From: a virus
Lineage: Duplodnaviria > Caudoviricetes
Strand: one strand, 5' to 3'
Virus record (IMG/VR): IMGVR_UViG_3300028888_001628
Span: 64,001 to 128,000 of that record
Length of the DNA stretch: 64,000 nucleotides
Each line of letters begins with the position of its first letter. Within the stretch, counting starts at the first letter, position 1. The notes below the pieces were generated by a model. That model was not told where the DNA came from. It saw only the letters and a list, made by a program, of their open reading frames with translations, and did not search any database. Positions 19,624 through 29,880 of this stretch are shown one piece after another. Position numbers and translations under genes: made by a program.

Positions 19624-20460
19624 ATGATAAATTATCTTATCGATGTATCATGGCTTTTATATCGTGGCTTTTACGCTATGTCTCATGTGTATTCAGAATT
19701 TGCAGAACTTCACTATATAACAAAGAAATTAGAAAGTCTTCTTAGTAGAAAGGACGCAATTATTCATCTGTGTCTCGATGGGCGAGCTCCTAAAGGCAGA
19801 CGCTTGTTAGGTGAAAATTACAAAGCTGGTCGTCATCAAGAAGGTTCATATAGTGTATATAGTGGTTTAGCCACATTTATTCACTTACTACATAATGATA
19901 GAATAAATATCTATTATAATAATTATTATGAGTCTGACGAAATAATCTACACATTATCAAAGACTTTAGATGGAAGAAAGAAAATCTTATCAGGTGATAA
20001 AGATTTATTACAGTCACTTGATAAAGACACAGTAATAGAATCATTTAAAGGTCTTGTTACTACAGAAGAATCATATAAATATGAATATGCAGATCAGTTC
20101 TTTGGTATAGAACCTTGCAGGTTACCTATTTATAGAGCACTTACAGGTGATGCAAGTGATACTTTATATCCACCTGTAAAACGATTCCCTCATAAATTGG
20201 CCGCTAAGATCGCATCTGAAATACTATATAGTGGCAAATGCCCATCTGTAGAAGATCTTGATTCTATAAAAAAATCATTAAGTAAAACAGAACAGAAATG
20301 GGTAGACAGACTTATTGAGTCATACGATAAGTTTAGTACAAATTTCGACATAATGAAATTAAACATAATAACAGACTCACTTAATAACGATTATATCTAT
20401 ACAGATATTAAGTTAGATGACTTTCTTAAGTCAAAGATAGAGCGATTAAATACATTATAA
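19624..20460 (+). CDS. 5'-3' exonuclease / flap endonuclease (Pol I N-terminal / T4 RNase H type)
   Basis: LID.S.LLYRGFYA, YKAGR, ESDEII, SGDKDLLQ and ALTGDASD motifs. Confidence 0.9.
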   Translation: MINYLIDVSWLLYRGFYAMSHVYSEFAELHYITKKLESLLSRKDAIIHLCLDGRAPKGRRLLGENYKAGRHQEGSYSVYSGLATFIHLLHNDRINIYYNNYYESDEIIYTLSKTLDGRKKILSGDKDLLQSLDKDTVIESFKGLVTTEESYKYEYADQFFGIEPCRLPIYRALTGDASDTLYPPVKRFPHKLAAKIASEILYSGKCPSVEDLDSIKKSLSKTEQKWVDRLIESYDKFSTNFDIMKLNIITDSLNNDYIYTDIKLDDFLKSKIERLNTL

Positions 20461-20475
20461 ATTTGGAGGTATACA

Positions 20476-20739
20476 ATGGATAAGAAATTAGAAGCTCGAA
20501 TTGCTAAATTAGAAAGAATGATGAATCGTAAATCTGTTAAGAATGAGCGCCATGGATATGACACTATAAATAAGATTGATGCGGCAGCCGGTGAAGTTAA
20601 GAAGGCTACTCTTAAATTATATCGCCTTTTAGAAAATTTTGATGATGATGGTTTAATGGATATATTTTATAAACTTTCAGTAGCTGCTGATGAAATGCTT
20701 ACTGCTACTGGTGAAATTTTACACGAATACGATGATTAA
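20476..20739 (+). CDS. Small protein with LExRIxxLE leader (putative head-packaged internal protein)
   Basis: MDKKLEARIAKLERMMNRKSVKNE followed by an acidic helical body; GGAGGT RBS. Confidence 0.7.
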   Translation: MDKKLEARIAKLERMMNRKSVKNERHGYDTINKIDAAAGEVKKATLKLYRLLENFDDDGLMDIFYKLSVAADEMLTATGEILHEYDD

Positions 20740-20805
20740 TAAAGTTTATAAAGTACTATTTGAATTAGAGCCTAATTTTATTTTGAGTATATAAAGAGTA
20801 GTGAC

Positions 20806-21084
20806 ATGGATAAAAAATTAGAAGCTCGAATTGCTAAATTAGAAATAGTATTTAAAAGAAAGAATGAATCAACAGAAGATGAAGTAGCACATTCTATATA
20901 TGAAGCGTCTGATAAAATTAGACAGATTGTAAATGATCTATGTAAGACATTGGCATACAGTGATACATTTAATTATAAAGATGCAGATATGGCTCTTCAA
21001 ATTTGTGAGGATTCTTTTTCACAAGACGCGTATCGTAGATTGAGTTCCATTCTAAACGGTAGAATGAATGGTAAAAACTTTTAA
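20806..21084 (+). CDS. Small protein with LExRIxxLE leader (putative head-packaged internal protein)
   Basis: MDKKLEARIAKLEIVFKRKNES; first 39 nt differ from the upstream gene at one position. Confidence 0.7.
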   Translation: MDKKLEARIAKLEIVFKRKNESTEDEVAHSIYEASDKIRQIVNDLCKTLAYSDTFNYKDADMALQICEDSFSQDAYRRLSSILNGRMNGKNF

Positions 21085-21109
21085 TTATAATTATAATTGA
21101 TTAACGAAT

Positions 21110-21141
21110 AACCCATAGTGGATATATATCCACTATGGGTT
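21110..21141. repeat. Perfect 32-bp palindrome (probable terminator)
   Basis: aacccatagtggatatatatccactatgggtt followed by tattt. Confidence 0.8.
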
Positions 21142-21163
21142 TATTTATAATATAGGAAAATAT

Positions 21164-22690
21164 ATGTCAGATAATTATACTTTAACAGATCTCCAGAAAG
21201 AGTCAGTTAAAAGATTACTTTCTATGAAGTCAGCTGTTCTTGCCCTTAGCCCAGGTTGTGGCAAAACGATAACTATACTTCACACTATACAAGAAATAAT
21301 GAAATATACAAATGATAAGTGTCTTTTATTTATTCCGAAGTCAGCACGAGCTGCTTTCATAAAAGAATTGAAAACGAAACTGTGTTTATCAGAGAAAGAC
21401 TATATTTTAATAAAAGCTGGAAAGATAGTTCCATATAGCGAGTTTTCAAAGTATAAATTTATATTAATAGAAAACACTCTTGTAAATAAATATGTAGAAG
21501 ATTTAGTAACATTGGCAAATAATAATGTTTGTCATCTCATAATAGATGAAGCTCACTCTCTTCAGAATCCTGATTCTGTATTCTCAAAAGCTGCATGGGA
21601 AGTTCGCTGTTATTGTAAGCGCATTTACGCAATGACAGCAACACCGCTTATGAACTCTATAGATGGTCTATTTAATTTATATCATTTTGTATTTCCAAGT
21701 GTATTTGTTTCGTGGTATAGATTTAGATCTAGATACTGTATTACAAAAGAAAACATTATTAGAATGAAAGGACGTAATGGAAAAGCAATACAACGAAAAG
21801 TTATAGAAATAGTTGGTTACCAAAACTTAAATGAATTAGTAGAAACTTTAAACAAGTTAACTATAAAGGGATGTGTTCACTATAATGTAAACTTTGAGTT
21901 TTTAGAATGTACTTTAGATGAGCAGAGCGAAAAGCCATATAGATTTGCAGCGTCTGGCTTATTTGATGTATTATATCATCCAGAAAAAGCAAAAGCACGC
22001 GCAAAGATTAGAAAGGCAAACGGTGATAATTCAGGTGAAGATGCTAAAGATTTTGGAAGTCGACTACACGATATACAGCGATGTGTAGATGGGTGCGATA
22101 CAGGTGACACAGATCCTAATTTCATTTCTAATAAAATGAATCTTCTTATAAATAAACTTACTGACATTATGAATAATAATGAATCAACTCTTATATACTT
22201 TGAGTATAAAGATTCATTGGAAATGGCTGAACGTATATTATTAGAAAAGCAAACTGAAATTGGTTTTAAAAAGATATACAGATTAACTGGTGAAGAAAAA
22301 GAAGAGACTCGTGCAAAGATAGAATCTGAATTAGGTCTTAAAGAAATTATATTGTGTAGTCAAGCAGCGTCTCAATCACGTAATTTAGACAGAGCGAATC
22401 ATCTTATAATATTTAACTGTCCGTTCAGTCTAGGTCGCCTTATACAAGTAACGGGTAGAATCTGTAGAGTAAGCAGTACATACGATCATCAAGACATTTG
22501 CATTCTTTCAGTGAAAGACACTATAGATGAATACAAAGTCACTCTATTTAAAGACCATCTTTCACTAATATCGAAATTATTAGGCGATGAAGGTACTGGT
22601 GTTTTGTCAGATTGTGAATATCTAGACATAGATAGGTCTAATTTAAAAGAACTCAAGAATAATTTATTATGGCGTAGAAATAAGAGGTAG
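21164..22690 (+). CDS. SNF2-family (SF2) helicase
   Basis: PGCGKT, IIDEAH, MTATPLMN and Q..GRICR motifs. Confidence 0.9.
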   Translation: MSDNYTLTDLQKESVKRLLSMKSAVLALSPGCGKTITILHTIQEIMKYTNDKCLLFIPKSARAAFIKELKTKLCLSEKDYILIKAGKIVPYSEFSKYKFILIENTLVNKYVEDLVTLANNNVCHLIIDEAHSLQNPDSVFSKAAWEVRCYCKRIYAMTATPLMNSIDGLFNLYHFVFPSVFVSWYRFRSRYCITKENIIRMKGRNGKAIQRKVIEIVGYQNLNELVETLNKLTIKGCVHYNVNFEFLECTLDEQSEKPYRFAASGLFDVLYHPEKAKARAKIRKANGDNSGEDAKDFGSRLHDIQRCVDGCDTGDTDPNFISNKMNLLINKLTDIMNNNESTLIYFEYKDSLEMAERILLEKQTEIGFKKIYRLTGEEKEETRAKIESELGLKEIILCSQAASQSRNLDRANHLIIFNCPFSLGRLIQVTGRICRVSSTYDHQDICILSVKDTIDEYKVTLFKDHLSLISKLLGDEGTGVLSDCEYLDIDRSNLKELKNNLLWRRNKR

Positions 22691-22693
22691 CAT

Positions 22694-24088
22694 ATGTCTT
22701 CTTTTAATAAAAGTTTGTATTGGAAAATTTGTTCATGTGAATCTGCTGAAGTGTCAGACCAGCAGATTAATCAGCGTGCTGAAGAGATAAAGAATGCAGT
22801 TATTAGTAAATGGAAAGAGACGTACTCTAAAAAGAACAAAGATTCTGAACCAACAGAGGATGATCTTTATAAAGCTAATGATACTACAGCAGATGAGCTA
22901 TATAGTGAAGCACAAAAGCAAGCTGAGTCTGAGTTAAATGAAAATAAGAATTCTCTTAAATCAGCATGGCTAATTGGACCATCTAAGGCTATTAAAAGTA
23001 AATCAAAGGGTGCTATCATCGAGTTTGTTAGTAATTCAGATAATCAGCAAAGCAATGATTCAGTCAACGCAAGCGATAGTACTAATAATTCTTCTAACAA
23101 AGATAATACAACTAGTTCTGATAACAATAATAGTAGCACTAATAATTCCAATAACAATCAATCACAAAGTGAGTCATATTCTATTTTAGATTCATTCTTA
23201 GGACTTAATTTGCTTTTAGAAGAGAGTGATGATACGCCTACGCAAGTGAATAACAGAGAAGATGATGATAAAACTGAAGTAAATCCTGCTCCACAGAATA
23301 ACTCTAGTAATACATCATCAGATAGTGTTATTGTTAGAGTTGGTATTAAAGATACGGGCTTTACAGATTGGCATATTAAAATACTACAGCACGTTGATAA
23401 AGTAAAAGGGCTAATAAAAAGAGGTTCTTTTAAAGAGGCATATAATTTAGCAAGTAATAAAATAGACGGTGATGGTATTATTATAAGTAAGGCTGAAACT
23501 TATATTATCAAAAAACAAAATGCGAAAGATATTAATAAAGCGTTTCCACCGTTTATCGGTCATTGTAGATATGCTATAGATGCTGGAACTGTTGATGATA
23601 GTAGAGACTCATCAAATGATGCAAATCTAACAATTTCTTTAGCTGTAGCTCCAATAAATGCAGTTACGAAAAAGCCAAAAGACGGTGCAGTATTTAATAT
23701 GTCATATGATGTAGTTGGTGATATTACAGGTGGAAAAGTTGGCTCAGCTATAGCAAGTATTTCTAAAGCTGTCAGAGATTCATCTGATAATAAAAATACA
23801 TTTGTAAATTCTTTGTTTAATTCAGATGATAGGTATAACAGTGACGATAAAGATAGTGAAACATCAAAAGCGGATTATTTAAGTAAATTTCTTCATAAAG
23901 CATTTAGAACACCGGGTGATCACACTATGTATAGCAACTTTATAGCTATAAAGAAATATATAAAGCAATGCTTAGACAAGAAATTATTACAAGAAACCAA
24001 AGATGGTTATACACTTGGCGGTTCACCGATATCTTCCGAAACATCAATTCCGCCACAGTTTAAGAATAATTGGCTTATCTGGTATTAA
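22694..24088 (+). CDS. Hypothetical protein with Asn/Ser/Asp low-complexity linkers
   Basis: 464-aa ORF with GAGGT RBS. Confidence 0.65.
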   Translation: MSSFNKSLYWKICSCESAEVSDQQINQRAEEIKNAVISKWKETYSKKNKDSEPTEDDLYKANDTTADELYSEAQKQAESELNENKNSLKSAWLIGPSKAIKSKSKGAIIEFVSNSDNQQSNDSVNASDSTNNSSNKDNTTSSDNNNSSTNNSNNNQSQSESYSILDSFLGLNLLLEESDDTPTQVNNREDDDKTEVNPAPQNNSSNTSSDSVIVRVGIKDTGFTDWHIKILQHVDKVKGLIKRGSFKEAYNLASNKIDGDGIIISKAETYIIKKQNAKDINKAFPPFIGHCRYAIDAGTVDDSRDSSNDANLTISLAVAPINAVTKKPKDGAVFNMSYDVVGDITGGKVGSAIASISKAVRDSSDNKNTFVNSLFNSDDRYNSDDKDSETSKADYLSKFLHKAFRTPGDHTMYSNFIAIKKYIKQCLDKKLLQETKDGYTLGGSPISSETSIPPQFKNNWLIWY

Positions 24089-24104
24089 ACAAACTTAATA
24101 TAAT

Positions 24105-24146
24105 TTGTATATATGCAATAGAAATAATTCTCTATTGCATATTTTT
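24105..24146 (+). terminator. Hairpin overlapped by a TTGTATAT motif
   Basis: atatgcaataga / tctattgcatat followed by tttt; TTGTATAT at 24105. Confidence 0.55.
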
Positions 24147-24157
24147 GTAGGTGTAAT

Positions 24158-25651
24158 ATGATTCAAATTGTAAAATCACTTCTCGGAAAAAGTGATATAG
24201 AGTTTAGTAGTGAGCTTCAAATTATTCTATCGCCTGATAATAAAAATATTCTATCAAGTGATGAGACAGACGTATTTAAATATTTAGAAAGAGAGTATAA
24301 TAACAATAAACAATTTCCAACTGCAGAAATATTTCTAACTAAATTTCCACAGTATAGATCACAGTTAGAAGAATTAGATGCTTTTTCGATTGCTGATTTA
24401 CGTTATTATAGAAAGCAATTTATTACAAAGCACCAAAACATTTATAAATCAAAGATCTTACATAAGATGGCGAATGAAGCCGCTGTTGATGGTATTTCAC
24501 CAGAGATGGCAGAAGCTATTCGAAAACAGGCTTCATTTGATAACGAAATAGTAGAAGAAAAGATCTCATTTCGTGAAAGATACCAAAAAGCAATGAAGAA
24601 TAATTCTGGTCTTAAAACTTTTGTAGATCAGATTGACGATGAAATTGGTTCTATTCCTAAAGGTGCCATGTGTACACTTGCAGGATTTACAGGTTCTTTC
24701 AAAACAACTTGGGCTACAAATATAGCAGTAAAGAATTCTCTTCTTGGAAAGAAAATCGCATATATTTCATTAGAAGTATCAAAAGAGCAGTTAGAGTATT
24801 CTATTATTAGTTTGTTTTCAACTGATAATAGATTTACAAGAATGGGTTATCATCCAATCGAGTTAAAGAAGATCATACAAAACAAACTTGATGAAGATGA
24901 ACTTAATTTCTTATGTGATGTGTTAGAGCCTGAATTTAGACGAGTGATAGAGCCTAATTTTAAAATTATAGATCGATCTTGTTTTAAATCATATAGTGAA
25001 AGTGAGTTTGTAGATATATTATATAGAATAGACGATGAGATGCCAATAGATGCGATATTTGTAGATCACGTTGGTGAACTTGCATTACGTAGTCCATTAT
25101 ATAATGGTAATAATACAGGTGCTATTATTAACAAATATGTTTCATTCTTTGGAGAATTAACAGTAGATTTTAGAAAGAAAGATAATGAAAAAAGACAGGT
25201 TGCTACAGTTTTAATTGCTCAAACAAATCGTAGTGGTTGGAAAGAAGCAGCATCTTCATTTAGAAAACTTTCATCAGTTGCTAGACCAGGTGATAAGAAT
25301 AAGTCATTAAACACTCAAGTAGAAGGTTACAGATTAACAGCCTTATCAGACTCAAATGAGCTTGAGAGATTCTCATCTATTGTAATGACTGTATTTGCAA
25401 ATGATTTAATGAAAGAAGCAAGACAGGCGTATGTACAATTATTAAAGACAAGATATGGTAATAATGTATTACCAGTTCCAGTTAATATTTCACCTGAGGT
25501 ATATAGTTTTGGTGGCGATGCAGAAGTTGATGAATCTGAATTATCAGCTGATTTAGTTGAATCTTTATCAAGCTGTTCTATCGCACAAAAGTCAGCTGGA
25601 ACATCTATATATGATGATTCAGCTTTATCTGATGACATATTTGGCTTATAA
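24158..25651 (+). CDS. dnaB: Replicative DNA helicase, DnaB-like (SF4)
   Basis: AGFTGSFKTT Walker A variant, YISLE, IFVDH, AQTNR, SDSNELER and LKTRYG motifs. Confidence 0.85.
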   Translation: MIQIVKSLLGKSDIEFSSELQIILSPDNKNILSSDETDVFKYLEREYNNNKQFPTAEIFLTKFPQYRSQLEELDAFSIADLRYYRKQFITKHQNIYKSKILHKMANEAAVDGISPEMAEAIRKQASFDNEIVEEKISFRERYQKAMKNNSGLKTFVDQIDDEIGSIPKGAMCTLAGFTGSFKTTWATNIAVKNSLLGKKIAYISLEVSKEQLEYSIISLFSTDNRFTRMGYHPIELKKIIQNKLDEDELNFLCDVLEPEFRRVIEPNFKIIDRSCFKSYSESEFVDILYRIDDEMPIDAIFVDHVGELALRSPLYNGNNTGAIINKYVSFFGELTVDFRKKDNEKRQVATVLIAQTNRSGWKEAASSFRKLSSVARPGDKNKSLNTQVEGYRLTALSDSNELERFSSIVMTVFANDLMKEARQAYVQLLKTRYGNNVLPVPVNISPEVYSFGGDAEVDESELSADLVESLSSCSIAQKSAGTSIYDDSALSDDIFGL

Positions 25652-25657
25652 ATATTA

Positions 25658-25685
25658 AATCACCAGTCTAATTAGACTGGTGATT
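25658..25685. repeat. Perfect 28-bp palindrome, followed by ATATCTA at 25691
   Basis: aatcaccagtctaattagactggtgatt. Confidence 0.8.
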
Positions 25686-25724
25686 ACTTTATATCTATAA
25701 TTTTATCGAGATATAGTAATTATA

Positions 25725-26159
25725 ATGGAAGAATCAAATATCATTACTACAAAGCTAGAATTAAACGTAATTGATTACTATTGCACATTTGAATATCTAT
25801 TGGGTTATGTTGGTGTAGAATTTCCATCTACTACTATGACTTGCTATTGCCCATTTCACGAAAACACAAATACAAAAGCTGCAAAACTATTTGTTGAGGA
25901 TCACAATGAGCATATCTTTTGTTTTGCAGAAAACAAACAGTTCAGGCCTCATCATTTATTAACGTATGGAATAGTTCCATTTTCTGTGAATCATGTGTTT
26001 TCTTCTATATGGCAGAACTTATCAGATGAAGAAAAGAATATCTTTTCTGAAGATTTGAGACATTATGATGTTGGAATAGATCTTAGCAAGCCATTTAATG
26101 ATTTTAAAAAATGTAAGATTACATATTTTGATTTATTAAACATTCTTAGGAATTCCTAA
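25725..26159 (+). CDS. Stand-alone primase-type (CHC2-like) zinc-binding domain protein
   Basis: CYCPFHENTNT...HIFCFAE; no TOPRIM domain in 144 aa. Confidence 0.65.
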   Translation: MEESNIITTKLELNVIDYYCTFEYLLGYVGVEFPSTTMTCYCPFHENTNTKAAKLFVEDHNEHIFCFAENKQFRPHHLLTYGIVPFSVNHVFSSIWQNLSDEEKNIFSEDLRHYDVGIDLSKPFNDFKKCKITYFDLLNILRNS

Positions 26160-26176
26160 ATAAGGAGATAGATTCT

Positions 26177-28771
26177 ATGATTAGAATAGATGGTCGTGAA
26201 AGCGCGCATTTACGTTCACGTGTAGAAGATCTTAGTCAGGTGCCAAATTTAGTTAGTTATACAGGTTTGTTTGCAGCTGTTACACCTATACAGACCTCTT
26301 CTGTTACAAGACACGGTGAAGGTGAATATTCATATTATGAACCAGTATTAATTAGAGACGTTGATTCTCTAATTAGTATATTTGGTGATCCACGAATCGA
26401 TCCAGAGAAATATATAGATTTATATAGCATTATGCAGATTATTAAATCTGGTGGTACCTGTTACGTCACAAAAGTATATTCTGGTGATACTAATTGTTAT
26501 GACGTTTATGTATCTGAGAAATATGCACATTTCTATGATAGTGATGAAGGCCCAAGTTTACCAATATCAGGTGGTGGCGGTTCACCTATTTATGTTTTAG
26601 TTCGTAATAAAGACACATGGTATTACAACACAACATCTTCTTCAGGTATTCACGTAGACATTAAAAATAAATATAAAATTTTATCAGCTACTGCTACTAT
26701 TACAAAAAATATTGCAACTCTAGGTACAGCATCAAACACTTTAACATTTACACTTAAACCGGGTGTTACTAATATAAAAAATGTTGCGTGTAGTATTAGT
26801 GGTGGTAAAGCTAAATTGAGCTTACAGGATGCAGTTGGCGGAACACCAGCCACGTTTGAATCATTAAACGACACAATTACTTTAGAACAAATACAAAGCG
26901 CTCCAGACTTTGATACTTATGTTAGTGTAAGTGGCACATCTATTACAGTTTCTAGTACAAAAACTGAACCATTTAGTACAAATTCAAGCGATACAGTATT
27001 AACGCCTGATCAGTTCACTTATACGTTTAATCCAGTGTCACACACTGATTATAATCTTTCATTAAAGATTAATGAAGGTGTTTTAGAAGATACGCCTTCA
27101 GCAATGTCAATCGGCTCTACAGTTTTAGATGAAGATTGGAAAGCTACTGCATTACTTAGCAGTGAAGACCCTTTGAGTTTAACTCCTGAGTCTGACACTG
27201 TTTATAAGACAGACAATATTAAACATAAACTTCTTGTACGTGAGATTAAGAACAATAGTGGAAATGTGATTCCATCAAGCAATTATACTGCTGAGACTAT
27301 TGTAGTTGATCCAGACTCTGAAACACCATATAGAATTGTGGTTACATTTAAAACTGCACCAGGAACTAATCCAATAATTACACAGGTTACACTTTCTGAT
27401 GGGGCAGTCATTGAAGCTGAGTCTACCACATCTGATGTTTTAGACATTACAACAAGTATAACAAGATCAAAGCCATACTCAAGTAAAATTTATTATTACA
27501 ACATGGTTGTAAATTTAAATGATGCTCCACTTTGTTCAGCAAAAGTAAAACTTGACGAAGGTTTGGCAAATGGTACTTTCGTTAACAGTTTAAATTCATC
27601 ACTTCGTCCATATTTACAACTTAGATTAGTTGATCAAGACCCTGCATTATCCACTATTGTGGATCAGATGAGGGATTTGTACATACCTATGTTTGAGGAC
27701 GCGTCTCTTACGAAGATAGTATTGCCAGATGCTACAGTACAGGGTAATGCTGCTACAGATAGTTTTTCAGTTACATTCGATTCTTATATTAACGCTATAA
27801 ATCAATATAAAGATCGCAGATACGCTGGTCGAGTAATGGCTGATCTTACTGCGCCTATTACAAACAATGATGGTGATTTAATACATTTACCTGCTGAAGA
27901 ACGTCGTGCTTTACATTATGCTATTAAAGAAGTTGCAAGTGAACGTAAAGATACTATCGCAGTATTATCAACGCCATACTATGATGGTACTTCTATAATG
28001 AGCTTAGATGATGTCTGCAATTGGGTATCATCCAACGGTAAATACTCAGATCTTTGGGAATATGGTACGTCAAATACTACAGAACCAGCTCAACAAAGTT
28101 TTTATCTTGAAATTTACTATTCATGGTTAAATGTGAAATGTGATAAGTTTAAAGATGGCGTTATTAACATTGGTTCACAGACTGTTTTAACTGCACCTGC
28201 TAATATTGTAGTAAATAATATTTTAACTTCATGGCGTGAGCGCGGTGTTCAATATCCAGTTGCTGGTGATCAGTATGGTGTTCTTCCAAGTTATTGCTCG
28301 GTTGTACAGAATCCAAAACTTAAGTCAGATAGAGACCAGTTAGTTCAGTATAGAATTAATCCTATTTATGATACAGGTACAAGAGGCGTTCAGATTTACG
28401 GAAATGAAACATTAAATGCTGGCTATACAGATCTTAACGCTGCACATATCGCAAGAACTCTTGTTTATCTACGAAGTGCTATCGATGAATATACAGAGAC
28501 TCTAAAATTCTCTATTAACAGTCAGTTCTTATGGGATATTTGGAAAAACTATGTGTCACATAATATTCTAGACCCTCTTAAAACTTTAAACGGTATTAGC
28601 GAATATGAAGTTCTAATGGGCCCAGAAACTACTTCACGAGAAGAGATTGCAAATCGCAGAGTCAACGGTGTTGTCCGTGTGATTTTCTATCAGGCTGCTG
28701 AAATATTCAATTTAACGTACACTGTTTATTCATCTTCAACTACGATCGCTGAAGCAACAGCTAATACTTAA
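26177..28771 (+). CDS. Tail sheath protein (paralogue 2) with a large central insertion
   Basis: LISIFGDP, PVAGDQYG, RDQLVQYRINPI, GVQIYGNETL, HIARTLVYL and AAEIFNLTY sheath motifs. Confidence 0.88.
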   Translation: MIRIDGRESAHLRSRVEDLSQVPNLVSYTGLFAAVTPIQTSSVTRHGEGEYSYYEPVLIRDVDSLISIFGDPRIDPEKYIDLYSIMQIIKSGGTCYVTKVYSGDTNCYDVYVSEKYAHFYDSDEGPSLPISGGGGSPIYVLVRNKDTWYYNTTSSSGIHVDIKNKYKILSATATITKNIATLGTASNTLTFTLKPGVTNIKNVACSISGGKAKLSLQDAVGGTPATFESLNDTITLEQIQSAPDFDTYVSVSGTSITVSSTKTEPFSTNSSDTVLTPDQFTYTFNPVSHTDYNLSLKINEGVLEDTPSAMSIGSTVLDEDWKATALLSSEDPLSLTPESDTVYKTDNIKHKLLVREIKNNSGNVIPSSNYTAETIVVDPDSETPYRIVVTFKTAPGTNPIITQVTLSDGAVIEAESTTSDVLDITTSITRSKPYSSKIYYYNMVVNLNDAPLCSAKVKLDEGLANGTFVNSLNSSLRPYLQLRLVDQDPALSTIVDQMRDLYIPMFEDASLTKIVLPDATVQGNAATDSFSVTFDSYINAINQYKDRRYAGRVMADLTAPITNNDGDLIHLPAEERRALHYAIKEVASERKDTIAVLSTPYYDGTSIMSLDDVCNWVSSNGKYSDLWEYGTSNTTEPAQQSFYLEIYYSWLNVKCDKFKDGVINIGSQTVLTAPANIVVNNILTSWRERGVQYPVAGDQYGVLPSYCSVVQNPKLKSDRDQLVQYRINPIYDTGTRGVQIYGNETLNAGYTDLNAAHIARTLVYLRSAIDEYTETLKFSINSQFLWDIWKNYVSHNILDPLKTLNGISEYEVLMGPETTSREEIANRRVNGVVRVIFYQAAEIFNLTYTVYSSSTTIAEATANT

Positions 28772-28793
28772 TAATATAACTAATTAAAATTCT

Positions 28794-28826
28794 AAACCCT
28801 ACTTTTACAAGTAGGGTTTTTATTTT
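28794..28826 (+). terminator. Intrinsic terminator
   Basis: aaaccctactt / aagtagggttt followed by ttatttt. Confidence 0.8.
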
Positions 28827-28906
28827 GCTTTGAAATAATACATTAAGTTGTAAATAGCAGTTCTGTTATTGTATATTACTATTTATTATTTAGGAGGTAA
28901 TTAGAA

Positions 28907-29215
28907 ATGCAACTATCAGATACAATAGAATTCATGGTCTCAAAAGATTGGAAAGAAAGACTAAAGGCTGAATATTGGCAGACGATGATTCGTGCAGCTA
29001 ATCTAGAGAATTACATAAATCAAGATAACAAAACAGATTCATACGCTTCAGGTGTTGACTTGTTACTGTTGACAGTGCAGAGAGATATTATGTATTCTTA
29101 TTTAACATCTCTATATAATAGAATTATTACGCTTGGTTTGAAAGAATATGTTGATGATACTTCAGATATGTGTAGTGTTGAATCAGTGTGCACTTCAGAT
29201 AATACTAGTGAGTAA
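28907..29215 (+). CDS. Small phage protein resembling the crAss001_48-related family
   Basis: M.SKDWKERLKAEYWQ..IR..L and LL..Q...M..YL..L..R pattern; AGGAGGT RBS; TTGTATAT at 28869. Confidence 0.65.
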   Translation: MQLSDTIEFMVSKDWKERLKAEYWQTMIRAANLENYINQDNKTDSYASGVDLLLLTVQRDIMYSYLTSLYNRIITLGLKEYVDDTSDMCSVESVCTSDNTSE

Positions 29216-29220
29216 TTAAA

Positions 29221-29880
29221 ATGTCTTCTAATAATAACATAAACAGAATTGCATTACTATACAAAGACTTATTATCATCATCTATAAAGCCTCTTAGTGA
29301 ATCAGATAAATCTATACTATTAAATATACAACCAATAAATAAAGTAGTCGCAGTGGGTGATATAGATCTTTCTAACTGGAATGCATATGCTCTTACTTAC
29401 CTCTTACACAATAAATTAGTTGCCCCAGTTGTATTAGATGAATCAAAGATTTATCAATCATGGCACGCGATGCGAACACATAATGAGAAAGTGGCTCATC
29501 CACAAACACTTATAAGTCAAAGTGTTGTTATTAGAATAATTGGCCTTGATAATTCTGCAAACATAAATGACTATATAAATTCTTTTATAAATATGTGTAT
29601 AGCGTCAGATGAATGTAAGCTCATATTTGTAGTCGTAGATGGTAATAAGAAATTCTACAAAGATAATATTTATATTAGAAAATCAAACTCTACATTTATA
29701 GAGACTTCTACTGGAAAACCCTATACAGTTGAAAGTACGCCTTTATGTATTTCACCTGATCAGATAGTGTTCTTTAATAGTAATAAGAAATTACAATCAA
29801 AGTCTACAAAGACAAGACAGATATCTATTAAAAATAGTACATCATGCACTTCAATGTTAGACGATAAAGACTTATTCTAA
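29221..29880 (+). CDS. Hypothetical protein
   Basis: 219-aa ORF. Confidence 0.65.
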   Translation: MSSNNNINRIALLYKDLLSSSIKPLSESDKSILLNIQPINKVVAVGDIDLSNWNAYALTYLLHNKLVAPVVLDESKIYQSWHAMRTHNEKVAHPQTLISQSVVIRIIGLDNSANINDYINSFINMCIASDECKLIFVVVDGNKKFYKDNIYIRKSNSTFIETSTGKPYTVESTPLCISPDQIVFFNSNKKLQSKSTKTRQISIKNSTSCTSMLDDKDLF

